Positions 35,772 through 45,201 are shown, numbered from the stretch's first letter. The stretch: 64,000 nt of DNA from Candidatus Uhrbacteria bacterium RIFCSPLOWO2_01_FULL_47_25 (GCA_001791325.1 MGEK01000004.1:8566-72565); one strand, 5' to 3'. Notes: generated from the sequence alone by a model not told the origin. Numbers and translations: made by a program.

Positions 35772-36446
35772 ATGGCATTTCTTGATAAGCTTATTCTTAA
35801 TGAAGGCGAGGAGCTTGTCAGCGTCACCAGAGCGCATTGGTTGGCGGTGCTTGCGCCTTATGTGATTATCGCGCTAATTTTCTTAGCGCCGTTCTTTTTT
35901 CTCTGGCCATTGTTTCAATTTGGCTCTATTGGAGTTTATGTTTTTTTCGTTATTATTTTTATTGCTATATTTTTGGCGGCGCGAGAAAATCGTCGCTGGC
36001 AACGCAGTATGCTAGTTTTAACATCAACCCGCCTTTTATGGTTTGAACAAAAAGGCTTTTTTGATCGTACGGTAACTGAAACTTTTTATCAAAACATCCA
36101 GGATATATCTTATCGCATTAAAGGATTTTTTCAGACTATGGCTCATTTCGGGTCATTGCGCGTTCAGATTGCCGGAGCTAGTGGGCCGCTTGAAATCAAA
36201 TATTTGCCCAATCCTGATAAAATTCAACATGTGATTCTTGATTTTCGGGAACAAAAAAGAGCAGTTGTATCTGGCGCCGATAATGAATGGTGGGAGGATC
36301 GTATATCAGCTATGAGTAAGGAGGAGCGGCAAATTTTTTTTAGCAATATTCGCAATCAAATTGGCGAGGAGGCTTGGTATAATTTATTCAGACCAAAAAC
36401 TCAAAGCAGTGTTAAAGACAGAAACTTGCCCGAGGCGCTCCTCTAA
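35772..36446 (+). CDS. Bacterial PH-domain membrane protein
   Basis: Two TM helices; LTSTRLL..EQKGFF; IQDIS...G..Q...HFG.L.VQ. Confidence 0.7.
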   Translation: MAFLDKLILNEGEELVSVTRAHWLAVLAPYVIIALIFLAPFFFLWPLFQFGSIGVYVFFVIIFIAIFLAARENRRWQRSMLVLTSTRLLWFEQKGFFDRTVTETFYQNIQDISYRIKGFFQTMAHFGSLRVQIAGASGPLEIKYLPNPDKIQHVILDFREQKRAVVSGADNEWWEDRISAMSKEERQIFFSNIRNQIGEEAWYNLFRPKTQSSVKDRNLPEALL

Positions 36447-36460
36447 AGTAAAATATCCGT

Positions 36461-36874
36461 ATGCATGTGGTCAATCGCCTAGGCGATCTTAAATCGTGGC
36501 TACCGTGGATTATAGGTATTTTGATAGCCTTAATGTCGCTGGCGATTGGAAAACTGGCGGTTAAGAGGTATAGTATACAGCAGGAAATTAAGGCCGAGCA
36601 ACGGGAAATATCCTTAGCGGGCGCTAGGAATGACGAGCTGTTAACGCTTTTGCAATACGTTCAATCGCCGATTTATGCCGAGGAGCAGGCGCGACTGAAG
36701 TTCGGTTTGGCTAAACCGGGCGAGAAGGCAGCTGTTGTGCCAGATGTTAATAGCGGAAATACTGATAATGGCGCGGGAACCCTGTTTGAGAAATCAAATG
36801 GCGACATTGAATCAGGGCAACCAAATTATCAAAAATGGTGGAATTATTTTTTTGCAAGTTATGAATGGCAATAA
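36461..36874 (+). CDS. Septum formation initiator (FtsB/DivIC-like)
   Basis: TM, coiled coil, EEQARLKFGLAKPGE. Confidence 0.75.
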   Translation: MHVVNRLGDLKSWLPWIIGILIALMSLAIGKLAVKRYSIQQEIKAEQREISLAGARNDELLTLLQYVQSPIYAEEQARLKFGLAKPGEKAAVVPDVNSGNTDNGAGTLFEKSNGDIESGQPNYQKWWNYFFASYEWQ

Positions 36875-37853
36875 AGTAACGGAAGATATAAATAAGGCCA
36901 GTGAATCATTTGATTCAAATAAAACTGCGGATAAAGAGAAAAGCCGAGAGGCCATGCGCTCAATAGTTTTACGATGGATTGAAAGCGAGGATGAAAAAAT
37001 AAAAAAACATAATATAGAAGAAGAATCCGTTGTTAAAGATGATAGGGGAAAAAGAATAATTGAAGCGCGGTCATTTGATATCGCCACCGTAGAAAAAACC
37101 GAAAGGGAAAAAGAAACTATTCACAAAGCTCGTCAGCCAAAAGCGTTGTCGGTCAAGAAAAGAGAGCAACCATCAGGAGAAATGGTGGATCGCCGAGAGC
37201 GCGACATTCCGGAATTCCATGTTACTCCCTCATTGCTACCGCGCCGTAAAGTGACCAACGGATTGGCAGTGCTGTATTCTTTTATATGGGTTACGTTTAT
37301 CGCGGGTATAATGATTTTAAGTTTTGGTGTTTACAAACTAGGGTGGAATGACCCTTTGACCAATCAATTATTGAACTACGTGCCATTGCCGTATGGTTTT
37401 GTTCGTTATCATCCAATTTGGTACAGTATTTATCGTCAGGAATACCAAGCCATTAGTCGTTTTCGCGGTCAACAAGCAGTAAGCACTCGTTTAACTGTTT
37501 CGCCCGAAGAGATTGAAGGGATTTTATTAAGGCGAACGATTGCCAATGATTTAGCGTGGAGTAATGGTTTATGGGTTACTAGCGAAGAAGTAGAGGGTGA
37601 ATTTGACAGTATTGCATCAAGGGCTGGATCAACAGAAGAGGTTGAACGTGCCATACAATCATTATGGGGATACAGCCTTGATGAATATAAGCAACGTGTA
37701 ATTAGACCGTATTTGCTCAAAAAGAAATTATTCGCTGTTTTGGCCGCCAACAATTTATTGCGTCGTAAAACCAGTGAGGCTAACGATTTACAAGTACTTG
37801 ACGCCTATCTTGATGGGCTTAGGGCATCAACGCCAGTGGTACTGTTTCGCTAA
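36861..37853 (+). CDS. Membrane protein with SurA/PrsA N-terminal-like domain; start probably ATG 36861
   Basis: Charged N-terminus; TM; VTSEEVEGEF; YSLDEYKQRVIRP. Confidence 0.55.
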   Translation: MNGNKVTEDINKASESFDSNKTADKEKSREAMRSIVLRWIESEDEKIKKHNIEEESVVKDDRGKRIIEARSFDIATVEKTEREKETIHKARQPKALSVKKREQPSGEMVDRRERDIPEFHVTPSLLPRRKVTNGLAVLYSFIWVTFIAGIMILSFGVYKLGWNDPLTNQLLNYVPLPYGFVRYHPIWYSIYRQEYQAISRFRGQQAVSTRLTVSPEEIEGILLRRTIANDLAWSNGLWVTSEEVEGEFDSIASRAGSTEEVERAIQSLWGYSLDEYKQRVIRPYLLKKKLFAVLAANNLLRRKTSEANDLQVLDAYLDGLRASTPVVLFR

Positions 37854-37955
37854 TCCCGTTAAAGCCCAAAGATAAAAATTTATATGGAGCTGGAGGCGAG
37901 ATTTGAACTCGCGACCCATCGCTTACGAAGCGATTGCCCCGCCTGCCATCGCCTA

Positions 37956-38137
37956 AGCTTCCTGTTAGAATTGAACTGACGTCCGCGGTTTACCTGCCCG
38001 CCATTTGCCTAAGCCAGCGGTGAGATTTGAACTCACGACCTCTGCTTTACGAAAGCATTGCTCTACCTCTGAGCTACGCTGGCAAATCGCGATGGCAGGC
38101 GGGCGATACCGCTGTTCTACCACTGAACTAAGGAGGC
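37956..38137 (-). pseudogene. Middle tRNA-Thr(CGT), interrupted inside the anticodon by 37993-38103
   Basis: gcctccttagttcagtggtagaacagcggtatCG|Taaaccgc...gttcaatt. Confidence 0.8.
38012..38083 (-). tRNA. tRNA-Thr(CGT), intact innermost copy
   Basis: gccagcg/cgctggc acceptor; ttCGTaa loop; GTTCAAAT T-loop. Confidence 0.95.
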
Positions 38138-38194
38138 TCGGGACATGGCGGGCAGGTCTACCGTTGAGCTACTCCGGCATGCTTTAATAAAATA

Positions 38195-38265
38195 AGCGGG
38201 ATACCGGGATCGAACCGGTGCTCTCAGCTTGGGAAGCTGATGTAATGCCACTATACTAATCCCGC
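38195..38265 (-). tRNA. tRNA-Gly(CCC)
   Basis: gcgggat/atcccgc acceptor; ttCCCaa loop; GGTTCGATCCC. Confidence 0.93.
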
Positions 38266-38271
38266 AAAAGA

Positions 38272-38342
38272 TACGGGTAACCCCGCTTAGCGGGGTGTTC
38301 CTAGCTTGGGAAGCTAGTGTACTGCCATTGTACTACACCCGC
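38272..38342 (-). pseudogene. tRNA-Gly(CCC)-like gene with the T-arm replaced by ccccgctaagcgggg
   Basis: Intact D and anticodon arms (ctagc-ttCCCaa-gctag); no TTCRA loop; acceptor has G-U pairs. Confidence 0.75.
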
Positions 38343-38540
38343 ACGATACACGACCATAGCCAATCGGTTCTTCTTTTGATATAATAAAAAACAAAACTTG
38401 TCAGAATACGTTATACGTTTCTAGAGTATAGAAAATGGAGCATTTATTGGCAAGGTGTTGGGTGATATTTGCCAGTCTGCCGCTCTTTTTTATTAAATTT
38501 CACGAATTCCCGAGCATAAGTTCGGAGATTATTTAGAAGA

Positions 38541-39221
38541 ATGATTCATCTAAAAGGCGTTACCAAACAATATCCCGGCAACATAGTTGCCATCCGTAAT
38601 ATAACCCTGCACATTGAACCGGGTGAGTTTGTTTCCGTAGTTGGTCAGTCGGGCGCCGGCAAAAGCACGATAGTGCGCCTATTGATGGCCGAAGAAGCGG
38701 CTAGCCGCGGTCGTATTATTGTGGGAGGCTGGGATATCACCGGCATTAAAAGACGAGAAATACCAGTTCTAAGACGCCAGATCGGCGTTGTGTTTCAAGA
38801 TTATAAGCTGCTGCGCAAGAAGACAATTTTTGAAAATGTTTCCTTTGCCCTAGAAGTATGCGGGGAGCCGCGCCAAAAAATTAAGACTCTCGTGCCGCAA
38901 CTCTTAAAAATAGTTGGGCTTGAAAATCAGCAGAGAAGATTCCCAGATCAACTATCTGGCGGAGAACAGCAAAGAGTGAGCATTGCGCGAGCGTTAGCCC
39001 ACAGACCCAAGCTTCTTTTGGCGGATGAACCAACGGGCAATCTTGATTCGCTTAATGCTCAAGAGATTGTTGACGTATTACGTAAAATCAATGAACTCGG
39101 CACCACTATTATGTTAGTGACGCACAATCGTGACATCGTTAACGCTTTAAAAAAGCGGGTAATTACGCTTGATCACGGCGAAATAATATCTGATCAAGCA
39201 GTAGGCCGTTATGTTTTATAG
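38541..39221 (+). CDS. ftsE: Cell division ATP-binding protein
   Basis: GQSGAGKST; [15 protein letters not shown]; LSGGEQQRV; adjacent to ftsX. Confidence 0.95.
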   Translation: MIHLKGVTKQYPGNIVAIRNITLHIEPGEFVSVVGQSGAGKSTIVRLLMAEEAASRGRIIVGGWDITGIKRREIPVLRRQIGVVFQDYKLLRKKTIFENVSFALEVCGEPRQKIKTLVPQLLKIVGLENQQRRFPDQLSGGEQQRVSIARALAHRPKLLLADEPTGNLDSLNAQEIVDVLRKINELGTTIMLVTHNRDIVNALKKRVITLDHGEIISDQAVGRYVL

Positions 39222-40128
39222 CATCTGGCGTATTATAAAATTTAGCAGCACAAATATCTGGAGAAATTTTTGGCTGTCTTTTATTACTACCAGTACGATC
39301 ATCATCACCCTCATGAGTGTTAGTCTGGTCTGGGCACTGCAGATTGGGTTAAAACAAATTATTAGCTCGGCCGAAAAACGAATTGATATGTCCGTGTATT
39401 TTTATCCATCAATCACTGATGCCCAGGCCAATAGCGTGATTACTGCCCTAAAGACTATCCCCGGTGTTCAAGAAATTGCTTTTGTGACAAAAGAACAGGC
39501 CCTAGCCAATTATGAAAAAATGGCCAAGGACTCTCCGGAGTTATTGGACCCGCTTTCTGCGATCGGTCAAAATCCTTTTGGTTCATCAATTATTATTAAA
39601 ACCAATGAACCATCGGCGTACTCCGGCGTCATTGAGGAATTAAACAAGCCGCAGTACAAGGATTTAATTGAAGGGCAGAAAAAAGACTATGAGGAGAACC
39701 GACTATTTATTGATTCATTCTCCGCATTTACAAATAAGGTTAGACTATCAGGATTAATCATAAGTTTCATTTTTGCTATTATAGCCGTGCTCTTAATTTT
39801 TAACGCGATCAGAGTGGCTATTTACACGCAACGCGAGGAAATCGCTATTATGAAACTGGTTGGCGCTTCCAACTGGTTTGTCCGCGTGCCATTCTTAATA
39901 GAAACCGCGATTTATAGCGCCATTGCCATTATCATAAGCGGGGGTTTATTCTTTGCTCTTTTATATTTTGTACAGCCATATTTAGGGATCTATTTTGGCG
40001 GAGATGTTGACCTTCTGGGTTATTTCACTGATAATGCAGTAACTTTTTTGGGGCTTGAATTTATAGTCCTAGCATCGTTGAATGTTTTAGTGGGCAGTTT
40101 GGCTCTGCGGCGTTATCTTAAAGTTTAG
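39211..40128 (+). CDS. ftsX: Cell division permease
   Basis: REEIAIMKLVGASNWFVRVPF; four-TM layout. Confidence 0.93.
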   Translation: MFYSIWRIIKFSSTNIWRNFWLSFITTSTIIITLMSVSLVWALQIGLKQIISSAEKRIDMSVYFYPSITDAQANSVITALKTIPGVQEIAFVTKEQALANYEKMAKDSPELLDPLSAIGQNPFGSSIIIKTNEPSAYSGVIEELNKPQYKDLIEGQKKDYEENRLFIDSFSAFTNKVRLSGLIISFIFAIIAVLLIFNAIRVAIYTQREEIAIMKLVGASNWFVRVPFLIETAIYSAIAIIISGGLFFALLYFVQPYLGIYFGGDVDLLGYFTDNAVTFLGLEFIVLASLNVLVGSLALRRYLKV

Positions 40129-40160
40129 GTTAGCGGCTGGCGCGAAGTCCCGCCCTCTTC

Positions 40161-40231
40161 TCGGGGGTCGTCTAATGGCAGGACATCACCCTTTGGAGGT
40201 GAGTATGATGGTTCGAATCCATCCCCCCGAG
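40161..40231 (+). tRNA. tRNA-Gln(TTG) enclosed by a 13-bp inverted repeat (40148-40243)
   Basis: tcggggg/cccccga acceptor; ctTTGga loop; GGTTCGAATCC. Confidence 0.95.
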
Positions 40232-40289
40232 AAGAGGGCGGGAGAGCCGTGAACTCAATAGTTTAGAAATGGCATAGAGCTATAAATAG

Positions 40290-40793
40290 ATGAGCATGGT
40301 TAGAAGAAATTATGTTATCGCCGCAAGTATCTGGTTAATTTTAATCTTAGCTGTTTTTTTAATTGCTTTTGCAATGGCCATTAATATCATCGTGTCTAAA
40401 AAACAAAGCAAGGAAATCATTGTTAACGGCGACAAGGCAGTGGTCAGTATTGGCAATACCCAACTGGTTGTTAGAATTGCCGACACACCGGCAAAACAAA
40501 ACAAAGGCTTGGGAGGCCAAACCAATCTGGGCGCAAACGAAGGCATACTTTTCGTTTTTACAAAATCAGATTACTATTCTTTTTGGATGAAAGATATGCT
40601 TTTCCCGATTGATATAATCTGGATAGGGGAGAACGGCCAAGTGATGGGGGTCACTGAACACGTCAAGCCCGATTCATTTCCACGAACGTATCAACCGCCA
40701 ACAGCCGCCCGATATGTTCTTGAGGTTCAAGATGGATGGGCACAACGGTACAAAATTAAAGTTGGTGATTTAGTTACTATTAAAGAAAATTAA
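40290..40793 (+). CDS. DUF192 family protein
   Basis: IADTP..QNKGL; GILFVF; FWMKDMLFPIDIIW; YVLEV. Confidence 0.9.
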   Translation: MSMVRRNYVIAASIWLILILAVFLIAFAMAINIIVSKKQSKEIIVNGDKAVVSIGNTQLVVRIADTPAKQNKGLGGQTNLGANEGILFVFTKSDYYSFWMKDMLFPIDIIWIGENGQVMGVTEHVKPDSFPRTYQPPTAARYVLEVQDGWAQRYKIKVGDLVTIKEN

Positions 40794-40806
40794 TTTTTAA
40801 GGTATG

Positions 40807-40952
40807 CCCCGTTAAAAGTCTGACTCAATATAATTATCGCATCTTTAACCATGACACTATCTATCAATCAATTAAATATCATCCCGCATGGCGGGACCAC
40901 AGAAGATAAAATTCTTTTGGGAATTTTATCTTCATAAGGACTTCTAACGGGG
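40807..40952. mobile_element. Hairpin mini-element, subfamily A, at the antiporter start codon, with a nested hairpin at 40902-40933
   Basis: ccccgttaaaagtc/gacttctaacgggg; TATG duplicated. Confidence 0.82.
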
Positions 40953-40953
40953 T

Positions 40954-42651
40954 ATGCCAATTTTTTTGCAATTAAGCGCCATCTTGGGCATTGCTTTGGC
41001 GGTTTCTTTTATTGTTAAACAATTACGTCAGCCTTTGGTAATTGGCTATATCATTACCGGCATTATCGTTGGACCTATGTTTTTGGGATTGGTGCGTCCT
41101 GGCGACACTATTGAGTCATTTGGACAGATAGGCGTAGCGCTTTTGTTGTTTATTGTCGGCCTCGGTCTTAAACCAGAAATAATTAAAGAGGTTGGGCGAA
41201 CATCTGTGGTGACCGGCCTTGGACAAATTATTTTCACCGCCGTTATTGGTTTCGCCATAGGAGTTGCCTTGCATTACGATGTTATTACGGCATTGTATCT
41301 TGCCATCGCTTTTACTTTTTCCAGCACCATTATTGTTTTGCAGCTGCTTTACAGCAAAGATGAGCAGGATACATTATATGGCCGCGTTGCTATCGGTTTT
41401 TTGTTAGTGCAGGATTTTGTCGCTCTTTTGTTATTTTTATTTTTAACCAGCGCTAGCGCAAACGATAGCGGTATTTATGGATTTTTTGCCGCTATGTCTT
41501 TTAAGGTTTTAGCGATTGGCTTAGCCGTTTATTTGTTGAGCCGCGAGTTAGTGCCGCGCATTGATATGGCCTTTGCTCGCAGTCGCGAGGTGTTATTTCT
41601 TTTTGCTTTGACGAGCGCCTTGAGCCTGGCCACGCTTTTTGAGGCTTTGGGATTTTCTTTTCAGCTCGGCGCCTTGTCGGCTGGCGTTATTCTCTCCAGT
41701 TCTCCTTATCAGCGCGAAATTGCCGCTCGTCTGGCTACCTTACGAGATTTTTTTCTTATTATGTTTTTTGTTATTCTTGGCGCGAGCGTATCATTAGACA
41801 TCATTCAAAATTTTTGGCCCGCTATTATAATTTTCTCCCTCTTTATTCTTATTGGGAATCCCTTAATTGTTATTATTTTGATGCGGCATTTGGGTTACAC
41901 TTTGGAGACAAGTTTTTTTGCGGGGTTAACAGTCGCCCAAATCAGTGAATTTTCCTTAATCTTATTAGCCTTAGGAGTGAGTTTAAAGCATATTGCCGCG
42001 CCGGTTATGGGGGCGGCTACCGTAGTTGGGTTAATAACGATTTTTTTCTCTTCTTATTTTATTATTAACAATCGTCGTTTGTTGCGACTAATAGAGCCAT
42101 TGCTCAGGCGTATTTTTGGCGTTGACAAAAATCAAGTCGCGACCATAACGACAGAGCAACCACAAGTGATTTTATTTGGTTGCCACCGACTCGGCGGCGG
42201 GATCGTCGCCACTTTAAAAGAAAGGGAGATATCGTTGCTGGTAATTGATCATGACCCCGATGTTGTGCAAGAGTTGGAAACCGCGCATACTTCCTGCCTT
42301 TTCGGTTCCGCTGACGACATTAATTTTTTGGAAACCCTGCCCGTGTCGCAGTGCCAAACGTTTATTTCAACAATACCAGAGGAGGATGTTAATTTCGTGT
42401 TAGTGGAGTACCTGCGTCGCCGCAATCCCACAGCCATTATTCTATGTATTTCTAATCACCATCACCAGGCTTCTTCTTTGTACACGGCCGGCGCGACTTA
42501 CGTGATTGTGCCCCCGTATCTTGGTCGACGTTATCTGATTGAATTATTGCGCGAACATGGGCTAAACAAGCAAGGGTATTTGGCTGAACGCGAATTGCAC
42601 GAGCGGGAATTAGGCTATATGCAAAACGGCATTAATTCATCTGTGCTATAA
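40954..42651 (+). CDS. Kef-type cation:proton antiporter (CPA2) with TrkA-N domain
   Basis: GYIITGIIVGP; FSSTII; LLVQD; LRDFF; AQISEFSLI; GCHRLG Rossmann motif. Confidence 0.92.
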   Translation: MPIFLQLSAILGIALAVSFIVKQLRQPLVIGYIITGIIVGPMFLGLVRPGDTIESFGQIGVALLLFIVGLGLKPEIIKEVGRTSVVTGLGQIIFTAVIGFAIGVALHYDVITALYLAIAFTFSSTIIVLQLLYSKDEQDTLYGRVAIGFLLVQDFVALLLFLFLTSASANDSGIYGFFAAMSFKVLAIGLAVYLLSRELVPRIDMAFARSREVLFLFALTSALSLATLFEALGFSFQLGALSAGVILSSSPYQREIAARLATLRDFFLIMFFVILGASVSLDIIQNFWPAIIIFSLFILIGNPLIVIILMRHLGYTLETSFFAGLTVAQISEFSLILLALGVSLKHIAAPVMGAATVVGLITIFFSSYFIINNRRLLRLIEPLLRRIFGVDKNQVATITTEQPQVILFGCHRLGGGIVATLKEREISLLVIDHDPDVVQELETAHTSCLFGSADDINFLETLPVSQCQTFISTIPEEDVNFVLVEYLRRRNPTAIILCISNHHHQASSLYTAGATYVIVPPYLGRRYLIELLREHGLNKQGYLAERELHERELGYMQNGINSSVL

Positions 42652-42689
42652 TAGTTTGTATTAATCATTATCTATAAATCTAAAAATAT

Positions 42690-43319
42690 ATGATCAAAGC
42701 TAGCATTATTATCATAACGACCATTATTTTATTATTTATTTTTTTATTTTATGCGCGTCTCAACAAGTCCAAACAAGGCCCTCCTTTATCTAGTGAAAAC
42801 ATTATAGAAAACATATCTGAAGATAATAATATGGTACAATCAACCTCAAAATATACTTTTCCCGGTATACTACCCAACGAACGTATCCATGGCAAACGCG
42901 CGACGATCGCCACTAATAAAGGAAATATCACAATTAAGCTTTTAGACGAGGAAGCGCCCCTAGCGGTAAGTAATTTTGTTTATTTGGTCGAAGCCGGCTT
43001 TTATAATGGTTTAACCTTTCATAGAGTGGTGCCGAATTTTGTGATACAGGGTGGAGACCCTGACGGCGATGGCACTGGCGGACCGGGGTATAAATTTTCT
43101 GACGAGCCGGTTAGCAAAGAATATAAGCGCGGCATTGTGGCCATGGCCAACGCCGGAGCAAATACCAATGGTTCACAATTTTTTATTGTTCTTAAGGATC
43201 AGCCAACATTACCCAAAAACTATACTATATTCGGTGAAGTTATTGATGGCATGGATATTGTTGATAAAATTATTATAGGCGATACAATGCAGACAATATC
43301 ATTAAGTAATAATAATTAG
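42690..43319 (+). CDS. Cyclophilin-type peptidyl-prolyl isomerase
   Basis: FYNGLTFHRVVPNFVIQGGDP; AMANAG.NTNGSQFFI. Confidence 0.95.
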   Translation: MIKASIIIITTIILLFIFLFYARLNKSKQGPPLSSENIIENISEDNNMVQSTSKYTFPGILPNERIHGKRATIATNKGNITIKLLDEEAPLAVSNFVYLVEAGFYNGLTFHRVVPNFVIQGGDPDGDGTGGPGYKFSDEPVSKEYKRGIVAMANAGANTNGSQFFIVLKDQPTLPKNYTIFGEVIDGMDIVDKIIIGDTMQTISLSNNN

Positions 43320-43330
43320 GGTACAAATGT

Positions 43331-44632
43331 ATGGAAAGATCTAAATTATCCTATATCCATCCCGCACCATGCAGGATACCTTCCGCCCGAGGCGCTCGCC
43401 TGCCGGACGGGCAGGGATCGGCGCGGGAGGGAATGCTAAAGAGATTCTTGAAGGGAATTATGCCAGATGCCGAGGTCCACAAGTCATGGTGCGGGATCCA
43501 TTTAGCGGCGGCTGTTTTAATTATCTCTTTTGTTTTGGGCGGTGTTTCTTTTTCGGCGCCTCCCGGGAATAAATCGCCGGCGGTGTCGGCGCCGTCTAAA
43601 GTAGCTGTCCAAAATACCAAACCGTCTGTGCCAGCGTCCTTACTGCCGGTGGCAACAGTGGATGAGGAAGAAAAAATAATCTCCTTGATTAATAAAGCTT
43701 TGCCCAGTGTTGTGAACATTGTGGGCAGCAAGCTTGACCAAAATGGCAATAAAGAAGTGATTACGAGAGGGACAGGTTTCGTAGTTGATCCAAAAGGACT
43801 TTTGCTAACGAATCGTCATGTGGTTAGTCAAGATAATCTAACCTATACTGTTTTCTTTTCTGATGGTTCTAAATACTTGGCTACTATTCTAGGACGCGAC
43901 CCCTTAAACGATCTTGCCATCGTGCAAATACTGGGCGATAAATTTCCGGCCCTACCGCTTGCCAACTCTGACAAAATTCGTATAGGTCAAACAGTTGTAG
44001 CCATTGGTAATTCACTCGGCCGTTACAGCAATACCGTTACCAAGGGTATTATTAGCGGTCTGGGCCGTTCCGTGGCAGCCAGTGATAACATTACTGGACA
44101 AACCGAAACGCTAGATGATGTTATTCAAACCGACGCGGCGATCAATTTAGGAAATTCCGGCGGCCCTCTCTTGAACTCCAAGGGTGAAGTCTTGGGCATT
44201 AACACCGCCATTGAACAATCTGGCCGCGGCGTTGGATTCGCCATTCCTATTAACGACGCTAAAAAAGTTTTGGAATCATACAGCCATTTTGGTAGAATAG
44301 TGCGACCGTACTTAGGGGTGAGATATGTCACGGTAACTTCCGATATTCAGGATGAATTCAAACTATCATATGATTATGGCGCGTTAATTAACGCCGGGGA
44401 ATTGGCTAGCGGACCGGCGGTAGTTCCCGGCAGTCCGGCCGAAAAAGCTGGCCTCAAAACAGGAGACGTGATCCTTGGGGTAAATGGTGTTTTAGTTCGC
44501 GGTAATATCACGCTCTTGAAACTTATACAGCAAAAAAAGCCAGGTGATTTTATAACCTTGCTAGTGGCAAGAGGCAAGGCCGTTTTAAATATTGAGGCAA
44601 CCATTGTGGAGTTGCCTGCCTATAAGCCATAA
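43331..44632 (+). CDS. htrA: HtrA/DegP-like serine protease with PDZ domain; carries an in-frame 47-aa insertion
   Basis: TNRHVV; DLAI; QTDAAINLGNSGGPL; SPAEKAGLK.GD. Confidence 0.92.
   Translation: MERSKLSYIHPAPCRIPSARGARLPDGQGSAREGMLKRFLKGIMPDAEVHKSWCGIHLAAAVLIISFVLGGVSFSAPPGNKSPAVSAPSKVAVQNTKPSVPASLLPVATVDEEEKIISLINKALPSVVNIVGSKLDQNGNKEVITRGTGFVVDPKGLLLTNRHVVSQDNLTYTVFFSDGSKYLATILGRDPLNDLAIVQILGDKFPALPLANSDKIRIGQTVVAIGNSLGRYSNTVTKGIISGLGRSVAASDNITGQTETLDDVIQTDAAINLGNSGGPLLNSKGEVLGINTAIEQSGRGVGFAIPINDAKKVLESYSHFGRIVRPYLGVRYVTVTSDIQDEFKLSYDYGALINAGELASGPAVVPGSPAEKAGLKTGDVILGVNGVLVRGNITLLKLIQQKKPGDFITLLVARGKAVLNIEATIVELPAYKP
43360..43496. mobile_element. Hairpin mini-element, subfamily C, in frame within htrA
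   Basis: Perfect tcccgcaccatg/catggtgcggga; TCCA duplicated; 137+4 = 141 bp. Confidence 0.85.
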
Positions 44633-44648
44633 TCAGCAGTATTAATCG

Positions 44649-44677
44649 TTGACAATTGAGCATATTTTTGGTATACC
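44649..44677 (+). promoter_or_regulatory. Sigma70-like promoter for the greA-lysS operon
   Basis: TTGACA-17 bp-TATACC with TG extension. Confidence 0.5.
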
Positions 44678-44713
44678 TAATCTTATTGTAGTAGGAAGAT
44701 AATAAATAGTTTC

Positions 44714-45193
44714 ATGAATAATTCCAATTTATTTACTAAAAAATATCTGACAACGGAAGGACGTCAAAAGGCAGAGGAAGAATTGTATTATCTTAAAACA
44801 GAGAAACGCCCGTTGATAGCTGAAAAAATAGAAACAGCCAAAGAATTAGGCGATCTTTCAGAAAATGCTGAATACGCTGAGGCTAAAGACGAACAAGCTT
44901 TTGTTGAAGCGCGCATTCTTGAGCTCACTAATCTTATAAAATATGCTGAAGTGGTTCCTCATCAAACTAAAGTTAGCGATATCGTGAACGTTGGTTCAAC
45001 GGTTACCATTGAAGATGAAACGGGACAACGCACCTATATTATTGTGGGTTTTAATGAAGCTAATCCATCGGCGGGGAAAATTTCTAACGAATCACCTTTG
45101 GGACAGGCCTTGCTTGGTCGCCGGGTAGGGGAGATTGTAAGTTTTCAAATCCCGAGTGGTTTTAAGAAACTTACCATAATAGCGATAAAATAA
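44714..45193 (+). CDS. greA: Transcription elongation factor GreA
   Basis: GDLSENAEY; ISNESPLGQALLG. Confidence 0.97.
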   Translation: MNNSNLFTKKYLTTEGRQKAEEELYYLKTEKRPLIAEKIETAKELGDLSENAEYAEAKDEQAFVEARILELTNLIKYAEVVPHQTKVSDIVNVGSTVTIEDETGQRTYIIVGFNEANPSAGKISNESPLGQALLGRRVGEIVSFQIPSGFKKLTIIAIK

Positions 45194-45201
45194 AGCGTCA
45201 T

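Larger units (their letters stand above)
37885..38178 (-). pseudogene. Outer tRNA-Thr(CGT), interrupted in the 3' strand of the D-stem by 37938-38156
   Basis: Removing the insert gives gccggagtagctcaacggtaga|gcaatcgcttCGTaagcgat...gagttcaaatctcg...cca. Confidence 0.85.
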
